A model generated the notes under the pieces. It did not search any database. It had not been told where the DNA came from and saw only the letters and a program-made list of their open reading frames with translations. The position numbers and the translations under genes are program-made. A stretch of DNA of 64,000 nucleotides from Chrysemys picta bellii. Lineage: Eukaryota. Every line of letters begins with the position of its first letter. The stretch's first letter is position 1. The stretch is taken from assembly GCF_011386835.1 (NCBI RefSeq), contig NC_088803.1, forward strand, positions 34,658,001-34,722,000. Direction: 5' to 3'. Positions 36,070-48,100 of this stretch are shown piece by piece.

Positions 36070-37477
36070 TTAGAAAGAGCCCAAGGAGATGTGGGATTAA
36101 CTAGCATGACAGCACAGGGAAAGCTTGATGCTGCCCATCCTGTGAATAAGGAACGCACAGCAGTCTCCATGGCGAAGAACCTATCACTTTAACCTGCGCT
36201 AAATGAATGAGAGCGAGAGGGTAACAATGTAAATAAATCAGGGTGTTACTAAGGTCTGCAAGGACAGGTTACATTCCCAATTATGCTGCCACAACCTAAC
36301 TATGCTACTATTTTATTCTAAATCTACTTTAAGTCTGAAACCCTGAAGTATAAAATTATTTAGCTACTGGCAGATTTGCTGAGCTGCCAAAATCCACTCA
36401 GCGTCTGGGGCCGAGGGAAGAAAAAACAATCGCTTTGTTTTTCCAAGCAGTTGCTTTCTTCCAGTTTGGAGAGGTGAGACGAGAGCGTGGAAGCATCTTA
36501 ATGAAACAGCACCAAAGCGACAGCATGTCAAGTGGGATAAAGCACAGGAGGGTAAGAATTCCCCTCTGTACAGAAGCCTGCAATGGGGTTGCTGTAATCA
36601 CCTGTAGGGAAAAGATTAAGGGGATGGATGTTGGATGTCTACAATATATAATGGGAGAAACAGCAAGTCTGCAGGGCTCATCTCTGATCAACTCAAACAC
36701 TCAAGATAGCTTCAATTCATAGTAAAGCCCTTCAGTGTAAGACTCTTAAGATCAACCAGGCAAATCCTAAATCAAGCAGATCAGTCAAGTGGCCAATGTG
36801 AGGCAGGGTAGCCAAGATCATCATAGAAGAGAGAGGCTTCCAGCAAGACTTCACTTAATGCATAATCTTGTAAACACCACTTTGCCTTGGTAATTGGAAA
36901 GTAGCTCGGGATATTCTGCCTCCCAAATCCCTATACCCAGGGTAATACGCAGAGCCCTGAGGCAATCTGCTTCTACACTGAAAGGATTTGGGAGTCACTA
37001 GCCGCAAGCCTCTAAATTTAGAGCCTGCTGCTCTGTTCTGTAGCTGTCATCCTCTTCTCCACCCCCATGTGAAAGTTGGACAAATCTATCTCAGCAGCAT
37101 TCTGAAACTGCCAGGTATGACTGGTGAAGTGGTGCCAGCCAAACAGAAGATACCCTGATCTTCATCTCTTTGATTATAGAAGTTTCCACTCTAAGCAATG
37201 ATATAAAAAAAAATTCCTGGGCAGACTAGCAGGAAAGTGATTTCATTTCCCAGCACTGAAAAAGTTTAGTTGTCCCAAGTCTGTGCCTTACTGTTAATTG
37301 CTTTTATCATTTTAAGATATAGTAAACATCAGTTCACTTACAGCCAATGCAGACTGTGCAAAGACATACAAAACTAGCAAAGGAGGTGTCTATGCTAGAG
37401 AAATTGTTGGCAGCTTCCCTTTTGTTTTCAAGGCAATTTCCACTAACCACTCCCACCCCACTTTCAGTCAACTTCTA

Positions 37478-37750
37478 GGCCTCATCTACACTACCGAGTT
37501 AGGTCAACGTAAGAAAAATATTTTTTTCTAGGAACTCTCCTTGCGTGGCCTCTGCCACGTGATTCTGGGATGCTCTCATTCAGAAGTGAAGTGGCCTTAG
37601 TTCACCATAGCTCAGTCTTCCTTAAAGGCCACTTCACTTCTGAATGACAGCGTCCACGTGGGTTAAATGCACTTTAACTTATGCACACTAACTTCACACC
37701 TTTAGTTAATTTGTCTTAACCTTTGTGAGTGCCCCAGTGAAGACAAGCAC
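37478..37750. mobile_element. Old Harbinger-type MITE with an internal hairpin
   Basis: GGCCTCATCTACACTA ... AGTGAAGACAAGCAC; internal inverted repeat CATTCAGAAGTGAAGTGGCC / GGCCACTTCACTTCTGAATG. Confidence 0.6.
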
Positions 37751-37977
37751 TCGGATGAAGTGAAACCTCTTTGTAGCCAAGAACTCACCCCAGAAAAGGA
37801 AATGGTGCTTTAACCCCAGAGACATTTTTTAAGTTATCTGGGAACCATCTCTAACGTAACTGGGAAGATGCTGAGCACAAATTGTTAGACTGAGCTGTAA
37901 GGTTATAAATTGCTAACAATTTGGCATAGGTAAGTATTCTTGATCCAAGTGTCTGTATCAACCCACAAAAAACACAG

Positions 37978-38185
37978 GGGCCAGATTTTCAAAATGGTTC
38001 GGCCCCTGAGGCACCTAAAAGAAATGACTGGAATTTCAAAGTGACTGCAGCACCCAATGGCTCCCATAACTTAATAATGTCTGAAAACCTCGCCACTTCA
38101 TTTAGGTGTCTCAATAGGAGCTGTGCTCCTTTGACCATCTGACTCCAGCTGTGAGGGCTGAGCAGCACGTCTGAAAATCTGGCCC
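37978..38185. mobile_element. Palindromic GGGCCAGATT-type MITE
   Basis: GGGCCAGATTTTCA ... TGAAAATCTGGCCC inverted termini. Confidence 0.65.
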
Positions 38186-38469
38186 TTGGTCCAGTTCCGT
38201 GTGAGGCGATAGCCATTCGTAAGCATTTCAGAAGTTTGACTTTAGCCACCCGTCGGCCTGTTGTAGATGCCAGATGAGGAAGTTATTGTCATTTGCCTGG
38301 ATATTTTCCATTACATGGCAGCCGCTTCTCCTGTAAGTGCAGGTTGTCTCATGAAAACAGATAGCGTTCTAGGTGCTAATAAACTCACTGCCCTCCAACA
38401 GTCTCCATCTCTGGGCTTAAATCTGGCCCTGATGATCCAGCCAATTGAGCTGAGAAGGGATTAGATAAC

Positions 38470-38688
38470 ATAACACCTCGCTCCTGTAAAGCACTGTTCA
38501 TCAGTAAATCTCAAAACCTTTTACCAAGGAGGTCAATATAATTATCCCCATTTTACAGATTGGGAAACTGGGAGCAACACGAATGTGAAATGACTTGCCT
38601 AAAGATACTCCATATGTCAATGTGAGGAATAGAACCCAGGTCTCCTGAATCCCGTCCAGTGCTCTATTCACTAGGCAACACTGCCTCC
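38470..38688 (-). mobile_element. tRNA-derived CORE-SINE (MIR-like)
   Basis: ATTATCCCCATTTTACAGAT.GGGAAACTG..TGACTTGCCTAA..AATAGAACCCAGGTCTCCTGA..CAGTGCTCTATTCACTAGGCAACACTGCC is the reversed MIR core and tRNA head. Confidence 0.85.
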
Positions 38689-39209
38689 TCCGATGTCAGG
38701 CAAGCCATTGACGTTTGACGCAAGGAGAAAAAAAAAATAGCAAAAGCACCATAGGAAAGCAGCAGAATAAACCCCAGAAAGAAAATGCTAGGTAGAGGTA
38801 AGTGCAGGAGAAAGCATCATTTCATCTCTGCTGTACCACACATAGGTATTTCTCCTGCCATTTGCAATCTACTTAGAGGCCACTCAGGAGTCCGGCCACC
38901 AAATTTAAAATTAAGAAAGAGTCTAATAAATTGCCAAATGCTTCTCCATTTGAGTACGTGGGACTCCACACACTTTGCTATGGGTGTGTGTAGTGGGTCT
39001 GGATGGTAGGAGGGGAGACAATTTACAGGTCACCTTCAAAATAATTCAAATTCTTCCACATAATTTTTCCAGTGAGACTAGAACAGAGTTACACAAAAAC
39101 CAAAAGCCTTAATGCCCCTTATATACACACTCCCTTTAACAAGTTTTGGCCTAAAGAAGCATCCTTTGCCTTCCATCGAAGGTATTTATATGGCATCTGT
39201 TATCATATC

Positions 39210-39380
39210 ATTTGAGCACCTCGCAATTTGTAATGTAATTATTCTTACCAGGACAGCGCTATTATCCCAGTTTTACAGGTGGGGAACTGAGGCACAGAGA
39301 GACTAAGTGACTCAGCCAAGGTCACACGGGAAGTCTGTGGCACAGCAGACCATTGAACCCAGGCCTCCCAAGTTCCCTAG
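39210..39380 (-). mobile_element. CORE-SINE (MIR-like)
   Basis: ATTATCCCAGTTTTACAGGTGGGGAACTGAGGCACAGAGAGACTAAGTGACT..CCAAGGTCACAC..TTGAACCCAGG. Confidence 0.85.
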
Positions 39381-39649
39381 ACAATGGATCTTCCTTCCGA
39401 GGGAAATATCAGAGGGAATTATATTCATCCTCAGTTTCCACATCAAAGCACTAAGTAACAAAAGAGTATCCCAAACTAAACGGGCATAGACTAAATTATC
39501 AGAATTTTTCTCCTGTCCAACCTAATGTGCCAGTAAAGGTGTTTTAGTCAAAATGTTTCTTTTTTAAAAAAAATCAATTGCAATGTTATTGGTGTGACAA
39601 AATGAATGACTTCTTTGGTACAGCAGACATAGCAATGCAAAAGCATGTG

Positions 39650-39767
39650 CAGGGTGCTGGAACAATTTGTATAGTAGGGGTGCTGAGAGACATTGAACCA
39701 AATTGTAAACCCTGTACAGGATGGAAACCACTTCAAGCCAGGGGGTGTGGCAGCACCCCTAGTTCCC
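39650..39767 (-). mobile_element. Short non-autonomous DNA transposon, inverted homolog of 11491-11598
   Basis: GGTGCTGAGAGACATTGAACCAAATTGTAAACCCTG..GGAAACCACTTCAAGCCAGGGG..GCAGCACCCCTAG. Confidence 0.65.
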
Positions 39768-41534
39768 TTTACCTTTTGTAAAACGTTAGATCATGGGCGG
39801 AGATGAGTAGGGTATTGTTTTGTTTTGGAGGGTTGCCTCTTCTAAGCAAGAACATGATAGAACAGTTCATAAGTTTAATCTTGGCATTATATCTTCATTT
39901 ATAAATATGTACATTCAGAGACGCACTAAAGAGAATATGATCATGTCAATAGTAGGCCAGACTTCAATAACTGTGCATCTCACTGGCCATTTGCACATAC
40001 CCTTATCTTGAATGTATGCATAACTATGGTATTGACAAGCAGAAACTATGTGTGTAAACATACAAACAGAGTTATAGAAAAAAAGCTTGATAAATACATT
40101 TTATTCTTGACCTTTTAGCCCCTAAAGGAAGTTTGTCTGCAAGCTGCAACTACTGAGTTATGAAGAAGCAAGCACTCAGGCTCCAAACGGTACCCTTTTC
40201 CATTCATGGAAATTAGAGATGGAAACCGCTACTAAAAGGCTGCTGACTATAAAGGCACATTACACACTCAGGGGAGGATCTTCAGGCCTCCTGCATAGAT
40301 GAGTTACAACAGATGACACGGGGTATTTTAAAAAAAGTCTCAACAGCTGAGGACGACCCAACCATTTCTGTGAACATCTTGAGGATACAGGTAATTTTGT
40401 AAATGACAGACGCGCTGGGCAATAGATTTAGAAAAGCCCATATAAGACATCATTGTGTATTAGCATAACATAGGATACATGGTGAAAAGTCAAAATAACC
40501 AAGTTGGGTCTTGCCAAGAAACTTCGGCAGTGTTTTAACCACCAGTGGCCTAGCATTTTACTAATTATTTTTTTCACGTTTTGTATAAGCTATTTAATTT
40601 GCCAGTTTGCTACTACCCATGTATCTCAAGCAGATGTTTCAAAAGGTAACTGAAATGTCTGCTTTTGGTGGCAGGGAAGGGAAACAGGGAAATCTCACCT
40701 GTGTTGCTAGTTGGAAAAACCTTACCAGTATTATGGACACACATATTTGTATGTGTAAGCTTGAGGACAGACAAAAAGAGGAAAATATCCAACACTTTGT
40801 GGTCCACTCCGGAAAGAGCTTTGCCGTTTTAAGGGAGTGGTTATGGCCCCCTGTTTGACAGGTGATGAATTTATTCTGCATTGTTTCAAACCCATCATCT
40901 TTTTAAAATCACCAAGATTAATTTTTATTATTTTAGAAAAAGCAAAATGTAGTCTCCAGTAAGATTGTATTTTTAAAAATAGGTTTCTTTTCTAGTTGAT
41001 TAGTGTGCAGCCAGCGCATTCTCACCAAAAGCAAAATGCTGTTTCTGTCCTTTATTCCTGGCAAAACATCATTCCGATGCAGCTGCTTAACTAATAGAAT
41101 ACTAGCACTTTTGGTTAGCAGCCCAATAGGTATAATGGCAGTCCCTGGTCCACTTATGTGTCATAGGTCCTCACAAATAAAGTATGTCGTCACTCTTACT
41201 CATTTCCCCCCATTCCAACTGAAGAGCAAATTCCGTGTTACAGCCAGAGCAGCCTAAGTCAGAGCTTTCAGTCAGAGGATCCAATTACACGCTGTGAAAG
41301 TATCACATGATTTTAACGTCAGATGTCCTATTTTAATTATGACCCCACAGTTTGAATATAGGTCATCCCGTCACAAGGGCTAGCTCAACAACTTCCACAG
41401 CTACGCCTCAAATGGGGCATGAGTAATCCGACTGAACCGGTACCCATAGGCCTACTAATACGTTGCCTGGGAACCACGCTGTAAGATATAGCACTAGAAA
41501 AGAAACCCAAAATCAAATGTTATCGACTCCCACT

Positions 41535-41790
41535 TATTATCTCTGTTACAGTAGCACCTAGACGACCAGGGCTGCATTGTGCTAGGTGCTGTATAGACAC
41601 GGTGTGAGAGACAATCCTTCTCCCAAAGAACCTACACTGTAAATAGACAAGACCCGATGGGAGTGAGGAAAGAGATGGATGAAGTGACTTGACAAGGTCA
41701 CAAAGCAGGGTCAGTGGCAGAGCCAGGATTAGAACCCACATCTCCTGACTCCCAATCCAACAGCCCATCTACTAGACCACACTACCTCTC
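41535..41790 (-). mobile_element. CORE-SINE with an L2-derived tail
   Basis: tRNA head at 41720-41790 (GGCAGAGCCAGGATTAGAACCCAC..CTACTAGACCACACTACCTC), core AAGTGACTTGACAAGGTCAC, and L2 tail GTAGCACCTAG..GCATTGTGCTAGGTGCTGTA. Confidence 0.85.
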
Positions 41791-43622
41791 ACTCCCTATT
41801 AATTTGCCTGTAGATTACAAAATAATGATGGCTTTCAAATACTTCAGTTTCATCTCAGGCATCACTGCTGCTCTCGTTTTGCTTGTTTACGATGTGCACA
41901 TGCATCATCACACTGAACAATCCCATTCTGTTAGTACACCCTTCTGGAATGTTTGGTACTTTAAAATGGGCAGATCTAACCTGCAATATTGGCCACACAA
42001 AATGAGAAATCAGATTAACAGGAGAGGAAGCACAACTAAAAGAAATGGAATGAATATCCAAGCCCAGCTCCATTCCTTTCACTCTTTAATACAGGTGTTG
42101 GAAGAAGAGACTAAGCAAGACTGCCAAACTGAATTTTATAATAAATTATTATTTTCTAGTTCTAGTTATCTCAGAGCCAAGCTATGCACTTTTAAACTCT
42201 ATTCCTAGGAACAGGTATTGAGAACTAAGGTTTGCTCAAAAGAAGGTACGCCCAGCATGTTTTCCCATGACTTCAATAAATCCTGCAAACATTCTGGGCT
42301 TTGTACACAACGAGACTACTTAAATCTAGGGAGGGGAAGAATTAGCTCATGCAAAACACAAATAAACTTGTTTCACATTTGTAATCTAAGAGAAAAATAT
42401 AAAGCAGGCTGAACGCATATTAATACACCCATGCTAGTATAATCCTTTGAAAACAGAAAGGAAATTATAATAAACTATTACTTTTTGTGAAAAATAGCAG
42501 AGTTCTAAGAGCATGGACACCAATAGTTTATTTCCTTAAAGCTGCTTAATGTGATATCAGAAACCCACCATGTGGCAAAGCAGGCTTGTCATCAGGCAGA
42601 GAGGATGACATGTTCCTACAATGCCTCTGAGCTGTCTTTATGAATAAATGCGTAAGTAACTAACAATGTTGTTTTCTGCAAACGTAACACAAAGAAAGCC
42701 ACTCGGCTCACATGAACTCTTTCCACACAAGTCATCCAACTAGATTTTTCATTATTCAGTGGAGAATACCAGGAGATGTACACATGGTTTAAAAATGTGT
42801 CTGATAGGTCCCACCCCAAACAATTCACCACCACAAACAAAATTAATAATGGCAGTGTTAAGCTGCAAGGAATGTTATCCCATGACTATTGCCAGCTCTG
42901 CTGTTTATAAGGTAGGACAATTCAAAGTATGTACATGAGGGTACCAAAGTTCACTGTATTTGCAGGATTACTAGTGTAAGATGTTCGGGGATTTGATACA
43001 CACATAATGGGTTAAAAATCTAGTTAGGCAAACTCTAAGAGGACTGCGTAAGGGCTGCAGGTGCATCCCAATGTATCATTCACTAAAATCATTGAATACT
43101 ACATGGCCCATTAATTTATCTTTAAGGAGAGAAATTGTTAACAGTCTAATTTTTGTACACAACAGGGAGCGTGTCAGGAAAGCGATAGGTTCGATAACAA
43201 TATCAGCCCACCTGCAATGCTCCTAACAAGGAAATATCTTCCTAAAATAGCATATGGGCTATCCGTCCTGACTGGGTGGTGAAGGACAGATAGGGTGGAA
43301 ACATTCACAGCATTTCAAAATCCTCCAACTGTGGTAAGAGATGGTTATTTGTTGCGTGAATGAGTTTAGGGTGAACAAGACAGGCTGCTGGCTTACATTT
43401 AGTCATAGACGTTTAACAATAAATTTAACATATTCTTCTTTTATGAATCGGAGGGATTCTGCTTTGCTTCAACACAGGATTGGTCTCTAACGCTCTGCAA
43501 TACTGAGACAGAAAACAGAGTGCAATTATTGGCTCAAGCCTCTTAGCTGTGACTTAGCAGAAGCAGCACATGCATTGCTTTTCTGCAACCCCTTTGGCCA
43601 AATACAGGTAGGAGCAGTGTTG

Positions 43623-43790
43623 ATAGACTCAAAGACTTTAAGGCCGGAAGGGGCCATCATGATCATCTAGTCTGACCTCTTGAACACGGCAGGCCACGGA
43701 ACCTCACCCATCCACTCCTGCAATAGGCCCATAGCCTCTGGCTGAATTACTGAAGTCCTCAAATCTTGATTTAAAGACTTAAAGTTACGG
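43623..43790 (-). mobile_element. CR1 LINE 3' end
   Basis: ATAGACTCAAAGACTTTAAGGCCGGAAGGG..ATCATGATCATCTAGTCTGACCTC is the reversed CR1 3' terminus. Confidence 0.85.
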
Positions 43791-44238
43791 TTGCTGTAGT
43801 ATAACCTCGAGGGGTATTTTTGGAGGTGGGGTTGGGCAGGGAGTGGGAGAGAGGGGACTGATAAGTAAGTTGTTGTGTTAAAATCAGCCCATAGAGGACC
43901 CTCTAACACTCCCCAAATATATATTTAGATCCCACTCTGTGCCCTTGCTGGTGATGCAGAATCTGCATTCAGCTGCCTGCAGCCCCAGTGCCAAGAAGGA
44001 TTCATGAACAACACAGCCGAATAACTCGTATGCATTTGAAGCTGACTTTGTCCTGTGAGTAGATACAAATTTAGGGGCAAAGCCTTTCCTCAAGGGTCCC
44101 TTGAGAGCACAACCAGTGCGGCTGGGCTCTGGCCCCTGGGTGGAGTGTAGTTCCTTTGCTGAGTGCTAACGTGCAGGCCACAGGAGGCGCATGCGCCGCT
44201 GCATGAAAAGGCAGGAAGGGGAGTGCAGAGTCCTCTCT

Positions 44239-44500
44239 GAGCGCCTATACCTCAATAAAAGAACGTGGCTGGCCCAGGTCAGCTGACTCAGGCTGTGGTG
44301 CTAACAACTGAAGTGCAGATGTTTGGGCTCGGGCTGGAGCCTGGCCTCTGAAAGCCCACGAAGGGGAAGCCTGGCCTCCAGCCCGAGTCTGAACGCCTCC
44401 ACTGCTATTGTTAGCTATGCGGCCCGAGCCCCAAGAGCCCGGGGCCAATTGACCCAGGCTGTGACTCAGTACCGCAGCTTATTGCAATGCAGACGTACCC
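44239..44500. mobile_element. Old Harbinger-type MITE
   Basis: Ends GCAGACGTACCC; internal inverted CTCGGGCTGGAG / CTCCAGCCCGAG. Confidence 0.55.
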
Positions 44501-44859
44501 AAATGTTTCAGCCACTGGGCTACATTAGCTTCCAAGGGAGCATCTCCCAGCAACTCTATGGCCTGGAAGTAGGACTCATTCTCCCTCTGCCTTTCATTAT
44601 CCTTCTTGCCAAGACCTCAGAATGGGTGCTCAGGCCAGTGACTGGGCATTTTAGTATCTCATTCAATTACGTATTCAGAATATATAGGTACCCTCTAAAA
44701 TTAATACGGAGCTACTCAATTTTCACTATAGTGCAAGAAAAGGGATGTAGAGTGAAATATGCCATGTTTCTCTAGTCAGACAAACCCTATGCATTCACAC
44801 ATGTTTTTATGTTACGTGTTTATACACACAAACTATAAAATACCAAAACTGCTACTTAC

Positions 44860-44952
44860 CTGTAAAATGCATTGCTTTCCAGCTCTTCCTCCTTACTTGT
44901 ATGCATTGTTCAAGTGGCAGTAGTCCCTTCCCTGCAGTCAAGATTCAGGGCT
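44860..44952 (-). other. ZHX3: Probable ZHX3 5'-UTR exon (93 nt), carrying two upstream AUGs
   Basis: On -: ttttctcttatttcttag|AGCCCTGAATC...GCATTTTACAG|gtaagtag, a textbook acceptor and donor pair. Mammalian ZHX3 has a non-coding exon of similar size upstream of the big exon (recalled, should be verified). Confidence 0.65.
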
Positions 44953-46802
44953 CTAAGAAATAAGAGAAAATATCACCCCAAAATTTACTACTGTGGTTCC
45001 AAAGGGAAATATGACCTTCTTCCTATAAATAATAATACAAATACAAACTAGCCTGGAATTTGAGTTGATTGCGCAAGTCACTACACATTCACAATGCCTT
45101 CTGCCCATATATAGACTATAATATCGGCAAAGTACCCAATAAAGTCTCCTTCAATTTCTCACTTAATTAGAAAGGAGACCCATTATTTAAAGTCAGTTTA
45201 ATAAAATGGATTAGTTTCTGAGCACTCAGCTAGGTACCAAGATTTTCAAAACTGCATACGGCAAGATGAATATGCACCGGAAAATGAAAAATGCAGCAGC
45301 TACAACACCACTAGTTATCTGTAGCTGTTCAGCTGGTTTCCCAGAGTAGCGGAGAGCCATAAAGATTAACTAGCCAGGAACATGTTTAAAGTAGCGATCA
45401 CAGCAGCCTAACCAACGGGGCTGCAGCCTGTAGCTAAATATAAACCTGCAGTTTTACTTTTAGCTTTGTGCTTTCTTTCCCTGCTCCATTTCCCTCAGCT
45501 GCTGTCCAGTCCCATACGCTCCCTGCCATAAACAGCAAAGTCAGCCCAAGATATTTCATAATTTGTAAACATATCCTTATGGAGGGGATAAATGACCAAG
45601 TAGAGGATTGGAACTAAATTCAGAGACAGATAAAATTACACGTAAAAACTGTCCTGGAAAAAGGTAGGCTAAAAGTCATACCAGGATAGGAAATCAGAAA
45701 ACCACACTAGAATTTACCAGGAAGGAAAATTCACACTTGCTAATTGCTTCTTGCTAAAGCTTGGGGGTGGGGGAACTGTCAGTAGCCTGGCTAGTTTCCT
45801 AGCGCTTAACATATCTGTTGCAACTTCCACTAGAAAACCCCAGCAAAGCGGTGTCACTGCAATCCAAAGCACCTCTGTCTTCTGCAGCAGGCAGCTGTTC
45901 CCAGCCACAAGTCCCTTGCCAAATCTGTGCTGTTTATTAAGCCGCTTCTTTCAGGTTAGGATCTGCTGAAGATAAGCAGCTCTCTCAACTACTTGGTTTT
46001 GGTCAGAGAAATGTATTCGATGAAGTATAACAGTCATTTTTCCATCAAGATGACCGGTGCAGAAATATGTGTAAAGTGGTGGTGGAGGGGATTTCCCTTT
46101 TATTGTCTGTTAGAAGCTTCCACTATCACCCCCACATTACCAAAACAGGACATCACGCGAATACAGTTAGTAACAAACAGGAGCCAAATTATCTATATAG
46201 ATCTGGGAAGAGTGATCATTCAGGCCCTATATGTGCCAACATGGTTAGATGGTCTGTGGATTTTTAAGCATATTAATTATCCATACTATTCACAAAACAA
46301 CCCATGTATGGAATCGGACATCTCCCTTTCAATAGCATGGAGCCACTTACTGTATCTTAGTCATTTGATAGCATATCAATGGCATTTTTCAATTTAAATA
46401 CAGAACAATGTATGGTGGAATTAAAAAAAGCTTACCTTTTCTTCAAAGGGTATTAAGCAGCACACAGAAACATACTCTACACTTTTCCCTTTATCAACAG
46501 CAACTTACATTCCTGATCTTAAAAGAAAAATGACTTCTCTACTGTAGTTATTCTCTGTAAAGCTTGTTTGATATCACTATTCCTGTGATCGTATGACTCC
46601 AACTTAGACTTGGAAGTTACTTTCACTATATCTAAGGCCTCCTCTCCACCCACTCCGACTCACAGGGTTCGGATGACTGTTTGGTAACTATAACAGCAAA
46701 GAGCAGTTTGTGATGTCATAGAAACCTTTATGAAGGCACATCAGTTTCCTGGGCTGTACTTCATGGGCCAGATTTTTTCGAAGGTATGTGTGCATATGCA
46801 TT

Positions 46803-47401
46803 CAGTGGTTTTCAACCAGGGGTACACGTACCCCTGGGGTTATGCAGAGGTCTTCCAGGGGGTACATCAACTCATCTAGATATTTGCCTAGTTTTACAAT
46901 AGGCTACATAAAAAGCACTAACGAAGTCAGTACAAACTAAAATTTCATACAGACTGACTTGTGCATACTGGTCTATATACACCTCTACCCCGATATAACG
47001 CGACCCAATATAACACAAATTCAGATATAACGCAGTAAAGCAGCTCTCCGGGGTGGTGGGGCTGCATGCTCCGGTGGATCAAAGCAAGTTTGATATAACG
47101 TGGTTTCACCAATAACACGGTAAGATTTTTTGGCTCCCGAGGACAGTGTTATATTGGGGCAGTGGTGTATTATACACTGAAATGTAAGTACAAAATTTAT
47201 ATTTCAATGGATTTCTTTTATAATTATATGGTAAAAATGAGAAAATCAGCAATTTTTCAGTAACAGTGTGCTGAGACACTTGAATTTTTATGTCTGATTT
47301 TGTAAGCATGTAGTTTTTAAGTGAGGTGAGACTTGGGGGTACACAAGACAAATCAGACTCCTGAAAGGGGTACAGGAATCTGGAAAGGTTGAGAGCCAGT
47401 G
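46803..47401. mobile_element. hAT/Charlie-type non-autonomous element, interrupted by a Tc1/mariner MITE
   Basis: CAGTGGTTTTCAACC ... GGTTGAGAGCCAGTG termini; GGGGTAC subterminal motifs at both ends. Confidence 0.8.
46980..47167. mobile_element. Tc1/mariner-type MITE nested in the hAT element
   Basis: TIRs CACCTCTACCCCGATATAAC / GTTATATTGGGGCAGTGGTG (17/20 match); TA on both sides; repeated GATATAAC motifs. Confidence 0.85.
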
Positions 47402-47901
47402 CATTAGAGCATAAATCATGACCTGTGCACACAAAAATGGACATGCATTTTGGAAGTCTATCCCTATATCTGACAGGTCATGAGTAACAGAACAAGTGGG
47501 GGGGGAGGGAGGAATCCGCTTTAAATTCTTGCCAAATGCCTTTCCTGCCTGCATATTTTTATCAAATGTTTATTTTTAACCGGTTAGACTTCAACACACT
47601 TTGGGAATGAGCCAATGTAGAATGTCAGAACCTTGACATAACAGAAGACAAAGTTTTATATGCCAGGAAAAGTTCAAGTGCTTTTTATTCTAGTAGACTG
47701 CAAAAAGATCGTGTAACAACAAGCACAGGGTTGAAAGTCTTATAGGCAGCTTATCTGTAATTCTTTCTGTGATAGTAGCAATTAGATAGATCCATAGTTT
47801 TCATAGATCCAAGCTTATCTTTACAATTATTCACTGTCCGTTTATTGTACAGAATATCAATACCGGTCTGAGTCCAATTCACCTCTAGACAATAACCACA
47901 T

Positions 47902-48100
47902 GGCCAAGATTTTAAGAAGCAATTAATGCTTTTGAATACCTGGATTTTTGGGTGCCCAAATTAAGAAAAGGGGTCATATATTCAGAGAGTCGGTGCTTAG
48001 AACTTTCTGAAAATAAGGTACTTTTTAAGGGGTCTCAATTTGGGGGCACTGAAAATGTGAAGGCCCCCAAATCACTAGTCACTTTTGTAAGGTTTAGACC
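47902..48100. mobile_element. Degenerate GGGCCAGATT-type MITE
   Basis: GGCCAAGATTTT..TTTGGGTGCCCAAATT..TCTCAATTTGGGGGCAC internal inverted symmetry. Confidence 0.5.

Larger units (their letters stand above)
35298..36192 (+). mobile_element. LF-SINE, split by MITE insertions (pieces about 35298-35478 and 36070-36192)
   Basis: CTGGTAATGG..GAGCCTTTC..CTCTAGGTCACCAGTTCAAATCCAACCCAGGT..GAGTTGGTGGTCTAAGTC matches the LF-SINE 5' half. GAGCCCAAGGA..AGGGAAAGCTTG..CTGCCCATCCTGTGAATAA..CAGTCTCCA matches its 3' half. Consensus from memory. Confidence 0.7.

Noticed and set aside
41714-42208. 164-aa + strand ORF; also 51390-51842 (150 aa), 51954-52490 (178 aa) and 54873-55298 (141 aa)
   Set aside because: They start in or run through SINE/MITE sequence or have no recognisable homology, codon pattern or splice context; this size is expected by chance.
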